Below, in pieces: positions 51,801-61,263 of a stretch of 64,000 bases of DNA (position 1 is its first letter; each line of letters starts with the position of its first letter). The translations under genes were made by a program, and so were the position numbers. Under the pieces are notes generated by a model that worked only from the letters and a program-made list of their open reading frames with translations, was not told the DNA's origin and did not search any database. The stretch lies in assembly GCA_965370555.1 (NCBI GenBank), contig CBDUVB010000008.1:3257-67256 (forward strand). The letters run 5' to 3'. This DNA comes from an uncultured bacterium. GTDB taxonomy: Bacteria; Bipolaricaulota; Bipolaricaulia; UBA7950; UBA9294.

Positions 51801-52937
51801 GATCCGACTGACCTGCATCTAACAGGGAAAGTGGATGATGCCTTGGGCCACCAGCTTGCGTTCGTCGATTTTCCCGACGCGACGATGGACTATAACGAGG
51901 AGAGCCAGCAGGGGTTTATTGGAACGGGTTCTACCGAGCTATCGTTCCTTCACTCCGATGGACTAGACGCGATAATCGATATCCACGCGGATCCGATCAC
52001 CGGAGAACCGGTCATCGACATCTGCTTGAGGTCAAGCACTGTGCATGACCTTGACTTCGGGCTGTTCGCACGGCTTACGAGTATCGGAGAGATCGCCGGG
52101 TGTATTCGCATTGAAGGCCCGCTCCTAGAGCGAATTACCCTTGGGGGGTACATGGAAAACTCCGCAAGCACAGGCTTTGGAATTCTAGCTCCCAAGGCCG
52201 GCTATTTCGTCGAGGTGAACATCTCCGTTACCCCCAACTCCGCAACCTTCTACGCGGGTGGAGACCTGCTCCTGGCAGTTGCCGGGAGCGCCGTGGATGT
52301 TTCTGGCTCAGTGTTCCTGGCTGTCGATTACACCCGAGCATCTGCGGAAGGGCAGGTGATCGGGCGCATCGATTGTAACTCGGTAGTCGGAGGGCTCGAA
52401 GGAGAGGGGCAGCTCACCTGGTATGTCGACCCCCAGGAACAATACGTCCAGGGCAAGGTCAGTATCGAGCTTTGTAGCTGGATCGGAGGAGTGGGGCTAG
52501 AGGGTGGTATCTTTATCGGCCACAACGTGGAACGAGAGAAAGTCTGGGTCCTTTCTTCGGCGTCCGAACACTTTGGCATAGACCGCAGCATCCCAGCAAC
52601 AGCAAAGCTCACCGGATTATACGGCTACGGTCAGCTATCCGCCGGTATACAGCTTTACGTCTTTGGAGGGGGGTTCAAGGTCTATATGGGAATGGGTGCC
52701 TTCCTCCCAACACCGGAGACTCCGATCCTCACCATCGCCGGAAGTGGCGGGCTTTACGTACACGGGGAGATTCTGGGAGGGCTCGTCTCAGCATCGGCCT
52801 GGGCCGATCTGGATCTCTATGGGCCGCCCTTCTACTTCGAGGGGAGCTTCGGCCTTGAGGGCTGCGTGTTGTGGGTGATTTGCGCCTCGATCGATGTGAC
52901 AGCGGGGTTTGATAGCGATGGATTCTACATTTACTAG
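48843..52937 (+). CDS. large secreted beta-rich hypothetical protein (true start uncertain)
   Basis: 1364-aa ORF; hydrophobic signal segment ending VTA-HS; N-terminal SdrD-B/prealbumin-like domain; Gly/aromatic-rich beta C-terminus. Confidence 0.8.
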   Translation: MPCSSSARMLRKGYALAGEWTVRVDDRRLIVPGRWKAIGTLGMTFLLFVFLVALPVTAHSYNFTGHVYSGSPPDMTQPVTGVRIELYGGRGEWAPNNSGTFLTAAATNEWGEFTLLYLPGNVTYPYYHVVEVDPPDTISTGAQAGLGGYVRENNVISYTKTAPGTYAGIGFWDARSMISLPPLTQQPGTFMEKHEESSQQSSQSSQQSQMSSSEKVTAPDEKLPHTLLIGDFVLLVERYDAEKETDQSKLPTSQAVRPGIEQLEGLSGTAWLSFDCSAPSIVPGLTPLLPGGYVIIAHVFDVVPVVTDPANQISLPEARLIQPDITPGQTLELQLPLKSQDVPGIIAAKDLFLQEVEQLGGVAKGDIRVRFEDATIVEVPEQEGVGRIIEGTAFYPADPLYPDIIRLSIDGFTALIDILTLTPTGATANVVLELPSNIAFEATCERAWLALGEIAITPYCEFYAEEPTDPFGPWIVGDTGLIVSGTGYIADFSSSQSPLSKPVSWKGVVLQDGTGSGSALVPTTSNTGYLAGEYSFFNATVEGSGLAGQFNLLGTLIFYPLQPLGYQVTLYGASLEVSESRVVSGQLGPGRLELPVNAVCKDGHPGDPLSATFNLLTVQADLDVGGEVNFGFGTPTRMGWGELTHSGDEVVAWILEIEKGYLYLPATPVSTFSPDTGVGFLDFFLPTYSVEIALAALESQKMAGITIGSMQNLAIHSPDRPGGTTNPLKMADVSGWLRIGSRGVDGDLQITEWNMHADLGNTARYGYVGGEPFNTTLILPTQDEKLLLLQYATSAVYDSEINGLVDIPEPCNISRLEFADMEATSTAHLVGGDIKLPVDGVTLEYWDIGFEPTEDPTQAGVVSVRTGRLVFTAAGISEYVHFDKVFGLTWCEMLADGNLRELFLDYNSYGQRFDKLPFSAHQLSLSECIPGMSGLDAGAYLAVCGDVHFNFFGSAYINIKDARHPDSADPYHDRYVSIPKEGETACDPTDLHLTGKVDDALGHQLAFVDFPDATMDYNEESQQGFIGTGSTELSFLHSDGLDAIIDIHADPITGEPVIDICLRSSTVHDLDFGLFARLTSIGEIAGCIRIEGPLLERITLGGYMENSASTGFGILAPKAGYFVEVNISVTPNSATFYAGGDLLLAVAGSAVDVSGSVFLAVDYTRASAEGQVIGRIDCNSVVGGLEGEGQLTWYVDPQEQYVQGKVSIELCSWIGGVGLEGGIFIGHNVEREKVWVLSSASEHFGIDRSIPATAKLTGLYGYGQLSAGIQLYVFGGGFKVYMGMGAFLPTPETPILTIAGSGGLYVHGEILGGLVSASAWADLDLYGPPFYFEGSFGLEGCVLWVICASIDVTAGFDSDGFYIY

Positions 52938-53004
52938 CGATCTTGGTCAACTGTTGGGTAAGGCGAACGCCCGAAAAAAGGGATGGATAAAGGGGTGTGT
53001 TCAA

Positions 53005-55572
53005 ATGCGTCGTTTTGTGCTAAAGCTGTTCTTCTCAGTCTTCTTGATGGGGTTATTGATTTCTTCATTGGCTACCGAGGGATTAGCCTTTGAGAAGCAG
53101 CAGCTGCACGCCACATCTTCGGAGATTAGCTTGTTCAAAGGGACGTACATCGTCCTTTACTGGAGCCCGGCAGAAGACGTTGTTGGATATAACCTGTATC
53201 GAAAGGAAGCGGCGGAGCGGGCGTACCCCTCTTTCCCGCTAAACGGCAAGGCGCTGATCTCTACTGTGAAGACCTGCGAAGATCTAAAGGCCGTCATTCC
53301 TGAAGGGTCCTCCGAGTGGAACATGCTGAAGGGAGCCTTCTTCTCCCTCTTACCAAGGGAAACAAGTAGCGAAAAAGAGGTGGGGCCTCTAGCAAAAGGG
53401 GAAGTCGTTGATCCGAAAACCCCTGAGCTCTTCCCCAGATTGAGATCAGATCTTATAGCGGCTGCCGCGGACCCCTGCACAGTGCTTCAGCGTGGGCTTA
53501 CAGAGGAGGAAGGAGCGATCTTTGACCTCCTGGCAAAGGTCAACCTTAAGCTTCGACTCGCACGAGGATTGGCGTTCATCGACGATGGGGTCATCGGTGA
53601 TGCAAGGTACGTCTACCAGTTGCGGGGAGTGCTTCGGGGAGGGGGGGAAGTGATCCTCGGCCCGGAGGTGGGGGTGTGGGCAGGTCACTTCATCCTCCCG
53701 GACCCACCGGAGGATCTCACTGCAATCGCAGGGGATCACACGGTCCTCTCCCTGTGGGATCGAAATCCTGAGGCGTATAGCTACACGGTAAGGCGGGCGA
53801 CCCATCCCTTCGGTCCCCATCAGGTCATAAACGCGCAACCTGTATTCTTCGATATTGCACAGGATCTCGAAGGGGAGGATATCGTTCCGCCTCGCCCTGG
53901 ATTTGTCGACCACCAGCGCTTCGACGACGACAAAGATTCTCCTACATGCGGCCATCCGACGACGCACGATGTGGCCGGGGTGGCGATCGATGGTCCGGAG
54001 AACGGGGTGACCTACTATTATCAGGTCGCCTCCTGCGACATCCTGGATCGCGTTGGCTCGTGGAGCCCGGAACAATCTGTTACTCCTGTCGATCTGACCC
54101 CTCCCAAGGCGCCGACCCAGCTCGCGGTCGATCCGTTGATCGATCCGATGTCACCGGGCCTCGTCCTTTCCTGGAGGAAGGTTACGCAGGACATCGAAGG
54201 ACACAGGGAACTTGATACGACCCAGACCTACATGATATACCGCGCGGACACCCTGGAGGCACTGGACGACATTGCGGGTTTGCCAACCTACTTCGTGCAT
54301 AGCCTGACCGCCGACCCGATCCATCCGGCGGTGATGACGATCAGCTGGACCGACACTGACCCCGCTATCATTCCCATGTACGGAGAGAAAGATTTCTGGT
54401 ACCGGGTCCGCTGCGTGGATGCCTCGCCACAGGCGAACATGAGCGCCCCCTCCGCGGCCATCTCGGGAAGGGTTCCCGATACGACGCCGCCCGGTCCGAC
54501 TTACGTCACCGGGGCCGAAGGCTACGCGGACCACATCACTGCTATGTGGGCCCCAAATACTGAACCGGACCTGGGTGGCTATCAGATCTATCGGAGTGTC
54601 TGCGACTTCGGCGTTCCCTACCGGCCCCCACTACGACCAGACCTGACCCAGTACGAGCCGACGCAATCCACCTGTGATTTCGCCCTCGTCGGTGAGGTGC
54701 TTGTCAGAGAAGCGCGAAAGAGGCTTGAGGAAACGGGAAGAATCTACTACGAGGATTACTCCGTCCCCGAAGGCTCTCCTATCTGTTATGCCTATTGGGT
54801 ACGGGCGTTTGACATGGCACGCAACCTTTATCCAGGCAACCTTGGCACCGCGTGTCCAGATGTGGGTGAATACATCTGCCAACGTCTGTATGAGGAGACT
54901 CCGCCGCCAGCTCCGATCATCTCTGGCCTAAAAGCGAAGAACAATTCGGTCTTTGTCGAATGGGTCTCCTCACCGGTTCAGGATCTTCACGCCTTTCACG
55001 TATATCGCTCGAAAGAGGAGGACGGCAGCCCCATCTTTGTCGCCTGTATCTTCCTCGATGGTACGATGAGCACCACCCCATGGATGGGGACGCACCCCTC
55101 GTGCGATGATATCCCGGCGGATCCCGATCCGACCGCTGTTTTCGGGTCGTTTATGGATAAAGGATTAGAGCCGAATCAAGTATTCTGGTACCGCGTCGCG
55201 GCAGTAGACTGGCTGGGAAACGAAAGCGAACGCGGGAACATCGAAGCGATCCCCGCGATCAGCACGTTCACCTACAGCAAGGACTTGCCTGGGACTCCTA
55301 CGGTCCTTCCTCCAGCTACGGCAGCGCCAAGCGGGTGTGGTCTCGTCGTACGATGGACACCTTTCTTCGATCCCGCGGAACTATTGGGGTTCATCGTTTT
55401 TCGCAGTACATCCCCCGGTGGATCCTTCCGACAGGTAAGCCCTGTGATCGAAGGGAACGAGTTTGTCGATGAGTCGGCCATCCGCGGCATAAGCTATTGG
55501 TACCGTGTCCAGGCAATGGATCTTACCGGTAAGCTCTCGGAACCCTCGGCGGCCGTCGAGTATAGCTATTAA
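53005..55572 (+). CDS. secreted fibronectin type III repeat protein
   Basis: signal peptide MRRFVLKLFF; repeated W..., GYNLYR/YMIYR/GYQIYR/FHVYR, YYYQV/FWYRV..D..GN.S, DxTPP linkers. Confidence 0.85.
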   Translation: MRRFVLKLFFSVFLMGLLISSLATEGLAFEKQQLHATSSEISLFKGTYIVLYWSPAEDVVGYNLYRKEAAERAYPSFPLNGKALISTVKTCEDLKAVIPEGSSEWNMLKGAFFSLLPRETSSEKEVGPLAKGEVVDPKTPELFPRLRSDLIAAAADPCTVLQRGLTEEEGAIFDLLAKVNLKLRLARGLAFIDDGVIGDARYVYQLRGVLRGGGEVILGPEVGVWAGHFILPDPPEDLTAIAGDHTVLSLWDRNPEAYSYTVRRATHPFGPHQVINAQPVFFDIAQDLEGEDIVPPRPGFVDHQRFDDDKDSPTCGHPTTHDVAGVAIDGPENGVTYYYQVASCDILDRVGSWSPEQSVTPVDLTPPKAPTQLAVDPLIDPMSPGLVLSWRKVTQDIEGHRELDTTQTYMIYRADTLEALDDIAGLPTYFVHSLTADPIHPAVMTISWTDTDPAIIPMYGEKDFWYRVRCVDASPQANMSAPSAAISGRVPDTTPPGPTYVTGAEGYADHITAMWAPNTEPDLGGYQIYRSVCDFGVPYRPPLRPDLTQYEPTQSTCDFALVGEVLVREARKRLEETGRIYYEDYSVPEGSPICYAYWVRAFDMARNLYPGNLGTACPDVGEYICQRLYEETPPPAPIISGLKAKNNSVFVEWVSSPVQDLHAFHVYRSKEEDGSPIFVACIFLDGTMSTTPWMGTHPSCDDIPADPDPTAVFGSFMDKGLEPNQVFWYRVAAVDWLGNESERGNIEAIPAISTFTYSKDLPGTPTVLPPATAAPSGCGLVVRWTPFFDPAELLGFIVFRSTSPGGSFRQVSPVIEGNEFVDESAIRGISYWYRVQAMDLTGKLSEPSAAVEYSY

Positions 55573-55606
55573 TGGAGGGTTGAGTAGCAGGAAGGAGGAA
55601 GCGGCC

Positions 55607-57157
55607 ATGACAAAGCGAACCATCGCAGTAATTCTTCTGGTAGTCGGCATCATGTGCGGGGTAGCCCTGGCGGACGAGTTCGATCCTGCAACTGATGGGT
55701 GGTACTTTAGCAACTGGTGCGAGACGTTATCCAACCCCAACTGTGACGGTTCCTGTGTCGGTTCCTGTGATTTTACGTGGGATCTCTATCGCCAGACCTA
55801 CCTGGGAATCAACCCGACACACGATTGCGTGGAAGCTCCTCTCGATTGCCTGTACTACGAGATCTTCAAGAACTGCGCTGAAGGTGGAAACTGCGGTGGT
55901 ATCTCGCTTCTTGCCCTTGCGCTCTTCAAGTATGGCGGCTATATGGGGTTCTGTTCCCCGGCGAACTTCTACACAGGAACAGAGGGTCCCGATCGCGATG
56001 ACCTGCACCAGGCGATAAATATCCTGCAGGCAAGACAGTTCAGTGCAGCGGGGATTGAGAACTTCCTGGATCTAATCGGCGCTGGGGATCTAAACAACGC
56101 CGAGCGTGCCTTCAAGGAGGTCAAGGAATGCCTTGCAAAGGGAGATTTCCCCGTTTTGTCCATTGCCAACAGCTTCTACGGGTCCGATGCCCACACGGTG
56201 ATCCCTTACAGGGTCGAGGAGAACCCGTCAGGATACCCGCCAGGAACCAAGGTCATGCACATCTGGGACTCAAATCATCCTTATGACGATGATCCCGATC
56301 ATTACGCCGACTGGAATCCAGCCAATCGGCTGGTGATCTCTGGAATGTATACATGGACGTATACATCCGGGTCGACAGCATACTCGGGTTCAGGTTGGGA
56401 TGCCGCGTGGTGCTTCTGTATCCCCATGTCCAAGGTTCTGCACAAGTCGCGGCAGCCCATGGCGCTCGACCTTGTTTTCGATGCGCTGTTAACCGTCTTT
56501 ATCAGCGGCCCGTCAGGAACAGCGACCGTTCAGATAGCAGATGACGAAGGGCACCGGCTCTTCAAGCCCGCAAATGACCAGGATCCCTCGGAGAGAGAAT
56601 GGGAAACTAATGAGAGCGTGCGCCTCCAAGGCGCGTTCCGCTGGCCGTGGGGCGAAATCAAGAGCGAAGGGGCAAACACACCGGAACTCTTCTTCATAAA
56701 GCGTTCTGAGGACGATTCCTCTCCATTAACGTTCACGATCAATGGCTCCCGTTACAAGACTCTCTTCTCGATCGCAGGGAACGTAATCCAGATCGATGCT
56801 GAATCTGATGTCTCAGCGACCGATGTAATCCGAGTCTCTGGAACAGCTGCTAACCTGTCTCTTGAGATAGCCACCCTCGGAGAGGCGCGAGAGTTCGGTA
56901 TCCGTTGCTTGCGTACAGGGGAGAACCCCGCAGACTGGTGCTCCTTTGACATCACCCATCTTGTCGTCAAGCCAGGTGCTCCTGTTACGATCACCGCACT
57001 TGGTAATCTGCATACGCTGGAGGTTTCAAGCCCAGGAAGAGAAGTCCGGTTTGACCTCGCAGTGACGCAGAAAGTGGATGGGATACTCATCACGAGAGGC
57101 GCTGAAGAACACATGATCGCCGCTGGGAGAAGTCTTCGGATCGCTCCGGAGGACTAG
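55607..57157 (+). CDS. secreted papain-like (Cys-His-Asp) protein
   Basis: signal peptide after GGAGG; FDPATDGWYFSN, GGNCGG, DAHTVIPY, HIWDSNHP. Confidence 0.7.
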   Translation: MTKRTIAVILLVVGIMCGVALADEFDPATDGWYFSNWCETLSNPNCDGSCVGSCDFTWDLYRQTYLGINPTHDCVEAPLDCLYYEIFKNCAEGGNCGGISLLALALFKYGGYMGFCSPANFYTGTEGPDRDDLHQAINILQARQFSAAGIENFLDLIGAGDLNNAERAFKEVKECLAKGDFPVLSIANSFYGSDAHTVIPYRVEENPSGYPPGTKVMHIWDSNHPYDDDPDHYADWNPANRLVISGMYTWTYTSGSTAYSGSGWDAAWCFCIPMSKVLHKSRQPMALDLVFDALLTVFISGPSGTATVQIADDEGHRLFKPANDQDPSEREWETNESVRLQGAFRWPWGEIKSEGANTPELFFIKRSEDDSSPLTFTINGSRYKTLFSIAGNVIQIDAESDVSATDVIRVSGTAANLSLEIATLGEAREFGIRCLRTGENPADWCSFDITHLVVKPGAPVTITALGNLHTLEVSSPGREVRFDLAVTQKVDGILITRGAEEHMIAAGRSLRIAPED

Positions 57158-57288
57158 AGCGTCTCGCTGTTTCGTGTGCCTGCTGCAGGCAAAGGAGCCG
57201 CCTGCTTGAGATAAGGGATTAATTGACATTTCTTTTGACGCTTTTGTCTGCATGGGGCATCTGGGTGGAGATGAATCTGCGTTCCTTG

Positions 57289-57366
57289 GGGGAGGGTGGT
57301 GCAATTAGTTAGCGCACTGGGTTGTGGTTCTAGCGGCTGGGGGTCCGAGTCCCTTTGGGTTCATCA
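57289..57366 (+). pseudogene. degenerate tRNA-His(GTG)-like sequence
   Basis: D arm GTGC/GCGC, anticodon arm CTGGG-ttGTGgt-TCTAG, T arm GGGGG-tccgagt-CCCTT; acceptor stem does not pair. Confidence 0.55.
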
Positions 57367-57572
57367 GACTCCACCATACCGCGCCCGACACAGAATCGCG
57401 CCCTGGCTTTCCTCTACGCTAGTATCTCACGCATTTGTGATGAACTCCAGGGAGACGACAGAGCCTGGTCCTTCACACGCAGAATGCAGATTGACTTCCC
57501 GCGTAAGAAAGGGTAGAATCCTGTTAACAAAGTGAGTGATGTCTTTGATTCATCTGTCCTAATCCTGAACTT

Positions 57573-58208
57573 ATGAATGTTTCCGTGGTGGTGCCCGCAT
57601 ATAACGAAGCTTCTCGGATCGGGGCTGTCCTAAAGCCTCTCGTCGCTTGCTCCGCTGTCGACGAGGTGATCGTTGTCGATGATGGATCGGACGACGGGAC
57701 GGCGGATGTCGCGCGGCGGTTCCCGGTGCAGGTTGTTAAACTATCCGACAATTGCGGGAAGGCAAAGGCCCTTGATGAGGGGGTGACGCGGGCACGCAAC
57801 GATGTTCTCCTCTTTCTCGATGCCGACCTTGTCGGGCTTACGGAGAAACACATCGAGCAATTCATTCATACGTACTCCGATACTGGTGTCGATATGGTCG
57901 TCGGTGTCTTTGCCAACGGACGGAAGAGCACCGATTTTGCCCAGAAGTTCAACCCGTACGCCTCTGGTCAACGGATGTTGACGAAGAGGTTGTGGGAGCG
58001 GGCGAAGGTAAATGTCCATGAGATGAACTACGGGATTGAATTCGCCCTATCCAAACTCGCGGTGAAGGAAGGCTGGAGCAAGGAGAAGGTGAAGCTGGAA
58101 GGTGTAACGCACGTCCTCAAGGAAGAGAAGCGCGGTTTTTCCAACGGTATGCGGGAGCGGTTCAAGATGTATGGGGATATGATCAAATGGTTGTTCAAGA
58201 AGGTCTGA
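57573..58208 (+). CDS. GT2-family glycosyltransferase
   Basis: VVVPAYNE, VVDDGSDDGT, LFLDADL. Confidence 0.9.
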   Translation: MNVSVVVPAYNEASRIGAVLKPLVACSAVDEVIVVDDGSDDGTADVARRFPVQVVKLSDNCGKAKALDEGVTRARNDVLLFLDADLVGLTEKHIEQFIHTYSDTGVDMVVGVFANGRKSTDFAQKFNPYASGQRMLTKRLWERAKVNVHEMNYGIEFALSKLAVKEGWSKEKVKLEGVTHVLKEEKRGFSNGMRERFKMYGDMIKWLFKKV

Positions 58209-58212
58209 GAGC

Positions 58213-58641
58213 ATGAAAGTAGCAATCGGTTGTGATCACGCAGGGGTGGGGTTGAAGCGCAGATTGCTGGACTCTGTTCTCAAGGGATACGAAGTCATCG
58301 ACATGGGGACGGATTCTACTGACTCGGTCGACTATCCTGATATCGCCCACAAGGTGGCAAACGCGGTCGCCTCTGGCAAGGCCGAACAAGGAATCCTCAT
58401 CTGCGGAACGGGAATTGGGATGGCGATGACCGCGGGGAAGACGAAAGGAATCCGCGCGGCGGCTTGCACAGAGCCGTACTCGGCCGAGTTGAGCCGGCGG
58501 CACAACGACGCAAACATCCTCTGCCTGGGAGCGAGGGTGATCGGAACGGGAATGGCAGAAAAGATCGTGGAGAAATGGGTTTCAACTCCGTTTGACGGGG
58601 GGCGACACGCCCGCCGTATCGGCAAGATCGAATCGCTTTAA
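58213..58641 (+). CDS. rpiB: ribose 5-phosphate isomerase B
   Basis: GCDHAG, CGTGIGM, HNDANILCLG, GGRHARR. Confidence 0.96.
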   Translation: MKVAIGCDHAGVGLKRRLLDSVLKGYEVIDMGTDSTDSVDYPDIAHKVANAVASGKAEQGILICGTGIGMAMTAGKTKGIRAAACTEPYSAELSRRHNDANILCLGARVIGTGMAEKIVEKWVSTPFDGGRHARRIGKIESL

Positions 58642-58782
58642 GCGAGTAACTTTGGAGGCTGTTGTACAAACCTCTCTGCCTTGAGAAACAGAAACTTTCA
58701 CCGCCGAGAACCTGTCTGCCGTCGTATTCTGACAGGCAGGCGGGGGAGTGGGGACACGGAGACGCGAAGAGTGAAGACCAAT

Positions 58783-58877
58783 GTTCCTTAGCGATCTTTG
58801 CGGCTTGAGCGAGTGATAACGAGCGGGCGAGCGAAAAGGCTTATGACTCTCGCAAAGACGCAGAGAACGCAAAGGAA
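58783..58877. repeat. intergenic palindromic repeat element
   Basis: ccttagcgatctttgcggcttgagcgag ... ctcgcaaagacgcagagaacgcaaagg imperfect inverted arms. Confidence 0.5.
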
Positions 58878-59001
58878 AGCATCAAAATGTGGACAAGAAT
58901 AAGAACAAAAAGCCTTTCTTTGCGACCCCGTACCTTGCCTGGAGTGTGAGGAACCGAGAAAGGCTTGCACAACAAGTTTTTTATAGGAGTCAAATAACCG
59001 A

Positions 59002-60000
59002 ATGACGATGCACTGGATTACGTTTCTTCTTACCTCAACGGCAATCGTCCTCGCCGGGATCAAGCTTGCCTCATTCGGCGAGGCAATCGGAGAGCGAAGC
59101 AGAATCGGACAAGGCTGGATCGGCCTCCTCTTCCTGGCTACGATCACCTCGATCCCGGAGTTGACGACGACCGTTACCGGGGCCACGCTCGGTGTCCCCA
59201 ATATTGCCCTGGGGAACGCACTGGGAAGCAACCTGTTCAACATCGCCATCATCGCTGTCATGGATATCTTCCTCCTCGGCCGGGGGCCCTTCCTGCGCCT
59301 GGTCAAGCCCTACCACGCTGCCAGCGGGGGAATCGCCATCCTCCTCACCGTCCTTGTCATGCTGGGGATCACGGTCGCCCCGAATGCAGCGATCCTTGGA
59401 GTGAACCCGATCAGTTTCATCATCCTGTTCACCTACATCGCCGGGGTTTTCCTGCTCTACCGCATAGAGAAGCGCGACGGCGGAGAGGCGGAGGGAACGA
59501 AAGAGACGATGGGGCTCAGACGGGCGATCGTCGGGTTCTGTTTCTCCGGGGGGGTGATCATCGTCTCCGGAATCTTTCTCATCCACGCGAGCAGGGCAAT
59601 CGCCGAGGAGACCGCTCTTTCGGCCTCCTTCATGGGGGCGATCCTGGTCGCGATCGCCACCTCGCTCCCCGAGCTTGCCACCTCGATCGGAGCTCTCAAG
59701 ATCAAGGCCTACGACATGATCATCGGGAACCTATTCGGGTCGAACATGTTCAATATTCTGACCATCTTCTTCGCCGACGTTGCCTTCCGCCGCGGTGCGA
59801 TCTTCGCCGGCTTAAAGGACGGGGTAACGGACCAGTTAATCTTGGCGAGCCTGGGGATCGGGATAACCGTGATCGCGACAACTGCGATCGTCTACCGCTC
59901 GAAGCGCCGCGTGTTGGGGATGGGGGGCGACGCTGCCCTCATCCTGATCGCTTACCTTGTAAGCACATGCTTAATCATCTATCGAGGAATTCATATTTGA
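59002..60000 (+). CDS. Na+/Ca2+ exchanger (CaCA family)
   Basis: two alpha repeats ATITSIPEL..GNALGSNLFN and AIATSLPEL..GNLFGSNMFN. Confidence 0.92.
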   Translation: MTMHWITFLLTSTAIVLAGIKLASFGEAIGERSRIGQGWIGLLFLATITSIPELTTTVTGATLGVPNIALGNALGSNLFNIAIIAVMDIFLLGRGPFLRLVKPYHAASGGIAILLTVLVMLGITVAPNAAILGVNPISFIILFTYIAGVFLLYRIEKRDGGEAEGTKETMGLRRAIVGFCFSGGVIIVSGIFLIHASRAIAEETALSASFMGAILVAIATSLPELATSIGALKIKAYDMIIGNLFGSNMFNILTIFFADVAFRRGAIFAGLKDGVTDQLILASLGIGITVIATTAIVYRSKRRVLGMGGDAALILIAYLVSTCLIIYRGIHI

Positions 60001-60012
60001 GGTGATACGACT

Positions 60013-61263
60013 ATGGAACTGAAAGAATTACGTGCAGAGAAGATCGACTCGCTCCAGAAGATCGCGAAGGACTTGAAGATAAAGAATGGAATGCAGCTCG
60101 GGAAGGAGGATCTCCTGCGTTCGATCATGATCCACCTGGCCAAGGAGAACGATCTTCGGTTCAGCGACGGCCCCCTGGAGATCCTACCCGATGGCTACGG
60201 GTTCCTGCGCAACGGAAATTGTCTCCCTAGCAGGAACGATATATATATTTCGCCTTCACAGATCAAGCGCTTCGGCCTGCGAAACGGGGACCTCGTCACC
60301 GGGCCGATCCGAGCTCCCAAGAACGATGAGCGATACTTCGCCCTCCTCAAACTGGAAGATATCAACGGTACGCCCCCAGAGGAATCGCGCCGTCGACCGA
60401 TCTTCCGCGAGCTAACCCCGCTTCACCCTGATACACATCTCCGGTTGGAGCACGATCCCGAGGATATATCCACAAGGATCATCGACCTCTTCTGCCCCAT
60501 CGGAAAAGGGCAGCGAGGGCTGATCGTCTCCCCTCCCAAAGCGGGAAAGACGACCCTCCTGAAGAAGATCGCAAGGGGAATCAATGCCAACTACCCAGAG
60601 ATGAAGCTCTTCGTCCTCCTGGTCGATGAGAGGCCGGAGGAGGTCACCGACTTCAGCCGCTCGATCGACAATGGAGAGGTCGTAGCCGCGACCTTCGACC
60701 AGGAACCGCGACACCACACCCGCATCGCCGAGATCGTTACCAACCGAGCGAAACGACTGGTGGAGTCGGGATACGATGTGGTGATCCTCATGGACTCGGT
60801 CACCCGCCTGGCGCGCGCCTACAACCTCGCCGTCCCCTCTTCCGGGAAGCTCCTCTCCGGTGGAATGGACCCCACCGCGCTCTACAAACCGAAGGAGTTC
60901 TTCGGAGCGGCGAGAAACATCGAGGAAGGTGGAAGCCTGACAATCATCGCCACCGCGCTGATCGACACCGGGAGCAAGCTCGACCAGGTCGTATTCGAGG
61001 AGTTCAAAGGGACCGGTAATATGGAACTGATCCTCGATCGTAACCTCTCCAACAAACGAGTTTATCCGGCAATCGATGTCGAACAGAGCGGGACCCGTAA
61101 GGAGGAACTCCTCCTGCCGGCCAAGGTGTTGCAACGCGTGTGGATCCTGCGTAAGATGATGAGCAATCTAAATGATACGCAGGCCGCCCTGGAGTTTGTC
61201 AGGAGCAAGATGGAGGCGACGAAGGATAACGAGCAATTCCTCGAGTTGATGAGCAGTGACTAG
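60013..61263 (+). CDS. rho: transcription termination factor Rho
   Basis: [41 protein letters not shown]. Confidence 0.98.
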   Translation: MELKELRAEKIDSLQKIAKDLKIKNGMQLGKEDLLRSIMIHLAKENDLRFSDGPLEILPDGYGFLRNGNCLPSRNDIYISPSQIKRFGLRNGDLVTGPIRAPKNDERYFALLKLEDINGTPPEESRRRPIFRELTPLHPDTHLRLEHDPEDISTRIIDLFCPIGKGQRGLIVSPPKAGKTTLLKKIARGINANYPEMKLFVLLVDERPEEVTDFSRSIDNGEVVAATFDQEPRHHTRIAEIVTNRAKRLVESGYDVVILMDSVTRLARAYNLAVPSSGKLLSGGMDPTALYKPKEFFGAARNIEEGGSLTIIATALIDTGSKLDQVVFEEFKGTGNMELILDRNLSNKRVYPAIDVEQSGTRKEELLLPAKVLQRVWILRKMMSNLNDTQAALEFVRSKMEATKDNEQFLELMSSD

